From: an uncultured virus (IMG/VR IMGVR_UViG_3300008111_000060)
Taxonomy: Duplodnaviria; Heunggongvirae; Uroviricota; Caudoviricetes
Length of the DNA: 20,000 nt
Reading direction: 5' to 3' (one strand)
Virus record (IMG/VR): IMGVR_UViG_3300008111_000060
Made by a program: the position numbers and the translations under genes. Within the stretch, counting starts at the first letter, position 1. Each line of letters opens with the position of its first letter. Positions 1 through 8,300 of this stretch are shown here, piece after piece. The notes beneath the pieces are model-generated. The model saw nothing but the letters and a program-made list of their open reading frames with translations. It had not been told where the DNA came from and made no database searches.

Positions 1-2253
1 GGATTTAAAGAGGGTGGGATACCACCGATATCTCAATCCTATGTAGAGATGACTGGTATAGATCCTCAATCGATTATGCCGCCGGAACCAACACAAGCTC
101 AACAAGAGAATCCTTATGGTGACATGGCTAAATATGGAAAGAGTATTAATAAGTTTATTCCACAAGCTCGTAGAGGAAACAGAGGAGATAATCCTCTTCT
201 ACAAGCTTTGAATAATCTTATGCCAGGGAGAACCGCGGATCCATTTCCTATGTTCGGAAATAGAAGACAACCTGTAGGATACAGATTTAATCCTCAAGCA
301 AATATAATTGAAGTTGTAAACAGTAATGGAGAAGTAATTGGATACGGTACCAGATCAAATCAAAAATATCGTGATCCTTATAGTGGATGGGACGGAACAG
401 GATCTATGCCATTTATTACATCTTCTAATGCTCCACAAGAATGGAAAGATAGAAATGGATTTGGTGACAACTCTTCTACAAGTACTCAAACTACAACAAC
501 AACTACTAAAAAGAAAAAGGTTAAGAAACAAGTTGTACCTGCAGATGCTCAAATAATTAAACGTAGTGATTATGCTACAGATGCAGAATACGAAGCTGCT
601 AGAGATAAAGCTTTTGCAGATGCTGGTGGTAAGAAAACCATTTATACTCAAGATAAAAATGGTAGATACTATACAGTAGAAGAAAAAGATTATGCTGGTT
701 CAAATGCTGATGAAAACATTGAGATGATTAAAAGCGCTTTTAAAAACCCTAAAGTAGCTGAAGAATTTAAAGCAAATATTTTAAAAGGTTTTGATCAAAA
801 AAATAAAGATGGTAAATCAGTTGTTAGGCATGCTGGTCTTAAAAAAGCAGATGTTGAAAAGATGACTGCTGATGAATTAGCTGATCAGTTTATAGAATTT
901 AATACTAGAAATATCAAAGGTATAGAACAGCTTAGTAAAGAGTTAGGCATTAAACCTGGTGATATGAGTCAAGGAAGTGTATTAAAATTTTTTAATAATA
1001 AAAGTGGTAAAAAGGTTGAAAATTGTGCTTTTGATGCTCAAGGTAATCGTAACAGTAAAGAAGATCAACAGCGTTGTGCAAGTTTAAAATATAAAAGCTT
1101 AGAAGATCTTTATGAAAAAACAGGTACTCCTATGCCTAAAGATGATAAGTCTAAAGCTTTACAACAACTTACATATATTGGTTATAATAACCTTTTAAAG
1201 GCCAGAGATAACAAAGAGATTAAAGATGATGAAATCAATAAGAGTTTATCACCTTTTATTATTGGACAAAAAGGTGTAGGCGATGAAAAGATTGCTGGTA
1301 AATATGCTGGTTCTATATCGGATGCTGATGCTGTTTATACTAATACCACGGCTGGAGAATATGCAGCTATTACCGGTAAAAAAAGAAATGAGAAAGAGTT
1401 AGGTGAAACAGAAACAGAAGAGGATGAAACAACTACTGATGTTAATAATGTAAACACAGATGCTAACATGCCTTATGGTTTTGGTTACAAGCCAAAGAAA
1501 GAATATTTTAGACAGGATGAAAATAGAATGGCTTTTGATTTAGGTAATCTATTAACAGCTAGAAAGTATATGCCTTGGCAAGCAAGTTTAAATCCATCTC
1601 TTATTAAAAATGAATATTATAGTCCAGAAAGAGAATTAGCAGCTAATGCAGAGCAGAGTAATATTATGGCTAATGTATTAGCTGGATTTACAGGTAGAAA
1701 GAAATTCTCATCTGCTGCTTCTCAGTTATCTGGGGCAGGAGCTAAGAATGCTGCGGATATCTTAGGTAGATACAATAACCTTAATGTTGGTGTAGCAAAT
1801 AGATCTGCTGAGCAAAATGCAGATATATTAAACAGATTTAATATGTTAAATGCTGATTTAGCTACCAAGCTTTTTGATAAGAATACTATTGGTAATCAGC
1901 AATATAGAAATGCTAAAATAGCATATGGAGATAACTTTGTTACATCTTTAAATAATGCTATAACCAATGCTTCTAATGCTTACAATTTAAATCAAATGAA
2001 TCCTCAGTTTAATATCAGTCCTCGCAGAGGAGGTGACATGTTTTTTACAGGTGTACCAAAACCTTGGAATAGAACTGGATATACAACTGAAGATTTGACT
2101 ACAGCATTTAATACTGCTAAAGGTAAACTACCTGGTGTTAAAGATGAAGTTATTTGGAACATTGTTAAGAACCAAAAAGGAATTGGAACAGAAGCACCAG
2201 ATATGAGTTTTCTTTCACAAGCAAATAATGTAATAAGCAATTCAGGAGTATAA
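1..2253 (+). CDS. 5'-truncated phage virion/cargo-associated protein (hypothetical)
   Basis: Frame 1 is open from base 1 (GFKEGGIPPISQSYVE) into the ATG at 49, so the true start probably lies upstream of the window; it ends at TAA 2251-2253. It has poly-Thr/Lys and Glu/Thr linkers and an Asn/Ala-rich, probably helical C-terminal region (YSPERELAANAEQSNI...). The function is inferred only from its position upstream of the giant vRNAP cluster. Confidence 0.75.
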   Translation, partial: GFKEGGIPPISQSYVEMTGIDPQSIMPPEPTQAQQENPYGDMAKYGKSINKFIPQARRGNRGDNPLLQALNNLMPGRTADPFPMFGNRRQPVGYRFNPQANIIEVVNSNGEVIGYGTRSNQKYRDPYSGWDGTGSMPFITSSNAPQEWKDRNGFGDNSSTSTQTTTTTTKKKKVKKQVVPADAQIIKRSDYATDAEYEAARDKAFADAGGKKTIYTQDKNGRYYTVEEKDYAGSNADENIEMIKSAFKNPKVAEEFKANILKGFDQKNKDGKSVVRHAGLKKADVEKMTADELADQFIEFNTRNIKGIEQLSKELGIKPGDMSQGSVLKFFNNKSGKKVENCAFDAQGNRNSKEDQQRCASLKYKSLEDLYEKTGTPMPKDDKSKALQQLTYIGYNNLLKARDNKEIKDDEINKSLSPFIIGQKGVGDEKIAGKYAGSISDADAVYTNTTAGEYAAITGKKRNEKELGETETEEDETTTDVNNVNTDANMPYGFGYKPKKEYFRQDENRMAFDLGNLLTARKYMPWQASLNPSLIKNEYYSPERELAANAEQSNIMANVLAGFTGRKKFSSAASQLSGAGAKNAADILGRYNNLNVGVANRSAEQNADILNRFNMLNADLATKLFDKNTIGNQQYRNAKIAYGDNFVTSLNNAITNASNAYNLNQMNPQFNISPRRGGDMFFTGVPKPWNRTGYTTEDLTTAFNTAKGKLPGVKDEVIWNIVKNQKGIGTEAPDMSFLSQANNVISNSGV
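463..528 (+). repeat. Low-complexity coding tract (Ser/Thr run followed by Lys run)
   Basis: Encodes GDNSSTSTQTTTTTTKKKKVKK, with ACT/ACA trinucleotide iterations at about 490-507. Confidence 0.7.
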
Positions 2254-2298
2254 ACCTTATAAGTTTAATAAACTTATAAAGTTTTTGTATTATATTTA
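2251..2298. promoter_or_regulatory. Palindromic intergenic element, candidate phage promoter/operator or terminator
   Basis: Perfect inverted repeat TTATAAGTTTA-A-TAAACTTATAA at 2257-2279. It overlaps two AAAC-N7-GTTT units spaced 18 bp apart (2252-2266 and 2270-2284), followed by TTTTTGTATTATATT. It sits in the only sizeable intergenic gap of the window. Confidence 0.5.
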
Positions 2299-2319
2299 CA
2301 AAATAAAATTAGATAAAAA

Positions 2320-5300
2320 ATGGCTACTTATATCCCTGGAATAACGGATTATATACCTCAAGCACAACCATTTAGACCCGACTTTAATATGTTGGGCAAT
2401 ATGTTGCAGACTAAACAAAGTAGATATGATGCTAATCATAAGCAACTTAGTTCTATTTATAGTACTCTTTTAAATTCTCCTTTAATGAGAGATGAGAATA
2501 TTTCTAAAAGAGATATGTTTTTTAAATCAGTTGATCAATCTATACAAAGAATAGCTGGATTAGATTTATCATTAGATCAAAATGTTGAAGCTGCAAAATC
2601 TATATTCAAAGGTTTTTATGAAGATAAAGATCTTATAAAGGATATGACTTGGACTAAAAACTATTACAATCAAAAAGAAAGATCACAGGCAATGCGTAAT
2701 TGTATTAAGCCTGATGAGTGTGGTGGTTCTTGGTGGGAAGGTGGAGATAAGTATTTAGATTATAAAGCTCAAGAATTTAAAAATGCTACTAAAGAAGAAG
2801 CTTTAGGTTTTGAAAATGTAAATTATGTAGCTGCTCAAGATTTTCAAGACAAGGCTATGAAAGCTGCAAAAGATGCAGGCTTCAAAGTTGTATATGATGA
2901 TGTAAAAGGTGATTGGATTGTTAAGACTACCAATGGCACTGAGATGGTAAAACCATTATCAGAATTCTATGTATCCAAGTTTGGTGAAGAACCTGGTATG
3001 ATGGAGTATCTTAAAGCTAATTCATATGTAAATAGAAAAGATTGGGTAGCATCTAACTTGTCTAACTATCAAAGTGAAGACGAAGCTAACATGGCTTATA
3101 TTCAAGAGTACTATAACCAAGTAGAGCAATCGATTAATGATGGTAAAAAAGAAGCTCAAACAAATGCTGATGTTGCTAATCAAAAAAGTAAAGATATAGA
3201 TCAGCATGTTAAAACTACTGGTGTATTACCACAATCTGATGATTGGCTTAGTCAGTGGGGAGATACTAAAGCTGAAGTTGAAGATACTGAGAAAAATGTA
3301 AAAGTATATGATGAGGCTGCTAATTCCATGAAGGTTTTTAAAAACAATATTGGAAACATGAAAGCTTATTTATCCTACTTCGATAACTCAGCTGCTATTG
3401 ATTTGCTAAAAAGAAAATCTTTATTAGCTGCATCAGAGTATGCAAACCTTACCACAGAAAGAGAGTTTAGAGAAAATCCTATAGCAAAAGCTGCTAGAGA
3501 ACATGCTTGGGATTTAGAAAAAACAAGAATGAAGGAGGGTTATATTGATCCTAGAACAAATGAATATGTTCCTGGTACAGATGTCAGAGGCCAAATGATG
3601 ATGAAAGATTATGAGGCTAAAAAGAAAAAAGAAGAAGAAGCAGCAATAGCAGCAGCTGAAAAAGCAATAAAGATTAATCCGCAAATTGTTGATAAAGGAA
3701 ACACAGCAACACCGGTAATAGATCAGGCTCAAGCTGTTAGACTTAATAAAGAACAAAGTGTAAAAAGTTTATTAGATGTTCAGTCTGCTATGAATTCTAA
3801 TATAAGCAATAGTGTTATTGCTATGCAAGATGCTTTGGCTTCAGATTCTTCTCAAAGAACATCTATGTTAAATGTTTTAAAAGATGTATTAGGACCTAAT
3901 ACAAATATAAATCCTATAAAACTATTAGATAAAGATCCAGAAGAATTTGAAAAATTAAAAGGCTTAAGCTTAACTCAAAAAGATATAATCAATACTAAGT
4001 TTAAAAAATATACAGATGCTTCTACAGCAGATGGTCAAGTTTATTCTAAATGGTTTGATGCAAATAGAGCAGCTTTAACACAAGATGCTGCTAACTATAA
4101 TAATGCTTTAGCAGATTATAAAGCTATTACAGCTCATGTAGAAAATGGTAGACTTGCTGCAAAAAAAGAATATGAAGGTTTCATTAATAATGAAATAGCT
4201 AGCAAAAAGCTTGATGGAGAAGACCTTATGGAAAGAACCATTATCAAAGAAGCTTTACAAAATTCTGTTTCAATGGGATTTGCTGGTGGTGATGTAGATG
4301 CTTTTGCAAGAGAATGGGCAGCAAAAAATCAAAACAAATTTCAAGGAGGATCTGTTAAAAAAGTAGGAGAGCAAGATGTTATTGTTAATAAATATAAAGT
4401 TAAAAATCCTATATTAAAAACATTAACTAAGCAAGATGAAGCTTACGAGTTTGCAAAAGAAGCTTTAGAAAAAGGTAAAGCTTCCTTTGATGGATATGAA
4501 ATGCTTAAAACACCAGCTTGGGATGCTATGGATCCAAACATGCCAAAGGGTACAAATGCTAAAGCTACTAAAACATATGTAGCAAATGTAACACCTTGGG
4601 ATATTAGTAATCCTCAATCTTCTCAAGATGCTCAAGATTTAATAGAATTACTTACAGCAACTAAGAAAGCTATTATAGAAAATAATGCTGTAGTTAGACC
4701 TGAGAATGATTTCTCATTAGATGAAGAGTATACTTATAAAGATAGCGACAAAGGAGCTATTGCTAAACTTAATCAGTATATAGCTGATTTAGAATCTGGT
4801 GATAAAGAAAAAATTAAAAATATTACTTCCGAGTTTCAGTTTTCTAGAATATCGGGTAATAGATATGGTAAATCATATATCTATCTTAATCCTAATGAAA
4901 GTTGGAATCAGATTTATAGAACTGGTGAAGAGAAGAAGTCACCGCTGTTTACTACAAATGAAGATCAAGAACTGTTAGATAATATATCAAAACCAATTGC
5001 TGTAGAGTTACCAAGTAGTTATGTTGCTAATACAAGATTGTATAAAACAACATCTCCTAGCATGATTGATTTTAGATTAAAAACAGATAAACAAGTTGTT
5101 GATAATGTTCCTTTAGGAGGTAAAAGTATAATTACTAAAGATGGTGATATGTATATTTTGCAAAAGGAATTTATACGCGTTAATAATGATGGGACAAAAT
5201 CTGTTGAAACAGTAACAACTAAAGAGCCTATTGCAATGTTTAATGCAGACTTGTATCAACAAAAAATTATAAGAGATATGTCTAATCTTTCAGCTATAAA

Positions 5301-5370
5301 CAAAAAAAGATTAGATGATATTTCTAAAATAAAAGGAGTAAAGGATCCTCAACAACTTTTTAATAAATAA
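2320..5370 (+). CDS. Large hypothetical protein, probable virion core/ejection protein (1016 aa)
   Basis: Uninterrupted ORF with ATG after an A-rich leader lacking a Shine-Dalgarno motif (AGATAAAAA-ATG). Composition is largely helical/charged (e.g. EAKKKKEEEAAIAAAEKA). No enzymatic motif recognised; the role is inferred from synteny with the vRNAP gene. Confidence 0.75.
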   Translation: MATYIPGITDYIPQAQPFRPDFNMLGNMLQTKQSRYDANHKQLSSIYSTLLNSPLMRDENISKRDMFFKSVDQSIQRIAGLDLSLDQNVEAAKSIFKGFYEDKDLIKDMTWTKNYYNQKERSQAMRNCIKPDECGGSWWEGGDKYLDYKAQEFKNATKEEALGFENVNYVAAQDFQDKAMKAAKDAGFKVVYDDVKGDWIVKTTNGTEMVKPLSEFYVSKFGEEPGMMEYLKANSYVNRKDWVASNLSNYQSEDEANMAYIQEYYNQVEQSINDGKKEAQTNADVANQKSKDIDQHVKTTGVLPQSDDWLSQWGDTKAEVEDTEKNVKVYDEAANSMKVFKNNIGNMKAYLSYFDNSAAIDLLKRKSLLAASEYANLTTEREFRENPIAKAAREHAWDLEKTRMKEGYIDPRTNEYVPGTDVRGQMMMKDYEAKKKKEEEAAIAAAEKAIKINPQIVDKGNTATPVIDQAQAVRLNKEQSVKSLLDVQSAMNSNISNSVIAMQDALASDSSQRTSMLNVLKDVLGPNTNINPIKLLDKDPEEFEKLKGLSLTQKDIINTKFKKYTDASTADGQVYSKWFDANRAALTQDAANYNNALADYKAITAHVENGRLAAKKEYEGFINNEIASKKLDGEDLMERTIIKEALQNSVSMGFAGGDVDAFAREWAAKNQNKFQGGSVKKVGEQDVIVNKYKVKNPILKTLTKQDEAYEFAKEALEKGKASFDGYEMLKTPAWDAMDPNMPKGTNAKATKTYVANVTPWDISNPQSSQDAQDLIELLTATKKAIIENNAVVRPENDFSLDEEYTYKDSDKGAIAKLNQYIADLESGDKEKIKNITSEFQFSRISGNRYGKSYIYLNPNESWNQIYRTGEEKKSPLFTTNEDQELLDNISKPIAVELPSSYVANTRLYKTTSPSMIDFRLKTDKQVVDNVPLGGKSIITKDGDMYILQKEFIRVNNDGTKSVETVTTKEPIAMFNADLYQQKIIRDMSNLSAINKKRLDDISKIKGVKDPQQLFNK

Positions 5371-5376
5371 TTTATT

Positions 5377-8300
5377 ATGGCAGAAACAGATAACTTAGGT
5401 GTAGATGCTAATCAATCTATACCTAGTCTAAATGAATTACAATCCGAGCAGATGTCGGGCTTAGTTAATCCTTATTCTATAGAAGTTAGTAATTTAAATT
5501 TACCAGAACCTCCTAAGCCATATCCTGTAAATATTACTAGTAGTAATCTTATTCCTACACAATCAGGTGATTCAGATTATAATAAATTATTTAGCAACAT
5601 TACTCAATCTTATCAAGATACTAAATGGGCCAATGATGTAGCAAAGTATGCAAAAGAAGAATCTTACAATGCAGATTATGATGGAGCTAATTTTGAAAGA
5701 TATTATAAAGTAGGTAGCGTTTTTAAAGATAGAGGATTTTCTCCATATAGAGATAATGAAGAAATATATAATAAAGAAGCTACATGGTTTGATTATTATA
5801 AAAGAAGTTTGGGCGCTATGGGCGATGGGTTTGTATCTGGATTTACAGATATGCTACCTTGGAATTCTTGGTCTTCTGATTTAACAGATGTTGAAGCAGC
5901 AAGAAATATGGAAAGAGCTCATGCTATTGGAGCAGATACAAGAGGAGGATTTGGAAGCTTTGTAAATAACATGACAGTTGACTTTGGTTACACTGCTGGT
6001 ATATTAGGAGAGTTTGCTGCAGAAGAAATTGCTATGTGGGCAGGTGCTGCTTTTTTAGCACCAGAATCTGGAGGAACATCTCTTGCTACAGCTAGTGCAG
6101 AATCAGCTTCTCAATTTGCAAAGTTGAAAAAATTAATGGATTTAAAAACTTATGGCAAAGCTCTTAGTAAATCTTATGATTGGGTAAGAAATGCTGATAA
6201 GATGAAAGATATTTATTCTTTAGCTAAATCTGGTGCAAAAGGTTTAGGTAGAGGATTAACTGCAGCTGCTGAAGGACTTATACCAGAAACATTTAAATAT
6301 GCTGATGAACTAGCTGACTTAGGTAAAAAAGGAGAACTTGTTTTTGACTTAGCTAAAACAGCAAAAGGTTTTGGTGCACTATATAGAGATGCTAGAAGAG
6401 TAACAGCTGCTACATCAGAATCTGCAATGGAAGGTGGTAGTGCTGAGTTAGCTGTAAGAGATAGACTTGCTGATGAGATATACGCACAGGGTAAAACTCC
6501 TACAGTAAAAGATTGGGAAAGAATATATGCAGAAGCAGCTAATGCTGGTAGGGAAACTTTTTGGTGGAACTTGCCGGTATTATTTGCATCTAATGCTATT
6601 GTATTTGATAAAGCATTCAAAGGCTTTAAACCAATGGAAGCTTTTAGAGAAGAACTTACACAAGGTATTAAAGGTAAACTTACTTTTAATCAAGCTTGGA
6701 AACAAGCTAATCAAAAAGCTTGGAAGAGGATTGATACAGATTTTATGTCTACTCTAAAATCTTTAACAAAGCCAGAGACATATAGACCTAAGAATCTTTT
6801 AAAAAATGGTTTAAACAAATTTGTAAATTATACTAAAGCAAATTTTGCTGAAGGTTTTCAAGAAGTATATCAGGATGCGGTTCAAAAGACTATGACTGAT
6901 TACTACGCTAATCAATTTATTAATCCTGCTATTGCTGGATCAAGATCTACATGGGGAGCTTTTGCTGATAATGCTGGGATGCTTAATCCTTTTGGAGAAA
7001 GTAGAGATACTTTCTTATCTGGTTTCTTGATGGGTTCTATGGCTCATATACCACAGGCTGCTGTATTTGAATGGGCTCCAAAAAAGTTTTGGCAAATAAC
7101 TGATAAAGAAGGATATGATAGACATCAACTTGATTTAGAAAGACATACTAATTCTGTTGTAGATGCTTTAAATGCGGCTACTATGGATGAAAGATTTTTT
7201 GATGCTATTACTGTCAATGGAGCAATACAGTTTAATAATAAGAAAGAAGCTGAAGAAGCTAACATGGCTGGTGATAAGAGAAACTTCTATACCATTACAG
7301 ATGATGCTATTGGTAATCACTTGCACACACTTATTTCTACAGGGAAATTAAATCTTATAAAAGATCAGCTTGAAGATTATAAACAATTAACCCCAGAAGA
7401 ATTACAAGAAGCTTTTGGTCCTATTGATAAATCACAAGGAGATCCTGAAACTTTTTATCAGAATAAAATAGATAACATGCTTCATAAACTAGATCTAGTT
7501 CAGAAGCATACTGAAGAAATAGAAAAGAGATTTCCTAATCCTTTTAATCCTGGAAAATATAATAAGCAAACAAATCCAGAAGCTTTTCAATCAGAGCTTT
7601 TTAAACAAAAATCTTTTGATGAAGCTAAGAAAGCAGCTATCATGTCTTCTTATCATTTTGATAGATCTGTAGAAAGATTAAAAAGTGTTACTGAAAATTT
7701 AATTAAGTCTCAACCGTTAGGTGAAGCTAATGCTACAGACTTTAGTAACATTGTAAATAGAAACAATATTGATTCTGCTATTTTAGCTCTTGAATCCGAA
7801 GTAGAGATTTATTCAAAGGGTGATGCCGATGCTCAGAAAAAAGCAGCAAGCGCTTCAGAAACTTTAGAAGATTTAAAAGCAGTAAGAGATGGTATAATGG
7901 GTATCCAACTTGCAAGACAAATGAAAAGCAAGGAAGATGCTGGAGTAGATACTGATAAAGTTGATGAATTAAAAAGATCATCTAAGATTAAATCAGGAAC
8001 AAAAGTTTTAAATAAAAAAGGTGAAGCTGTTGTTGTAGATAAAACTAAAGGTGGATACGCTTATGATAAGGCTGGTAATCGTATAGGTAAAACTAAAAAT
8101 CTTACAGCCGTTGAAGAAGCTGAGGAAGATGATTTCTTTGATGTGGCATCGAAGGAATTGTATAGAGCATATGATAGATATTTAAAAAATATTGCTAGAA
8201 AAAGAGGGGGAATTGTTCAACAAAAAAATATAGACAAGTCTTTCCAAGATTATAAAGATCTATTCCTACTAGGAGTTGATATGGAAGAGTATGCTGATTA

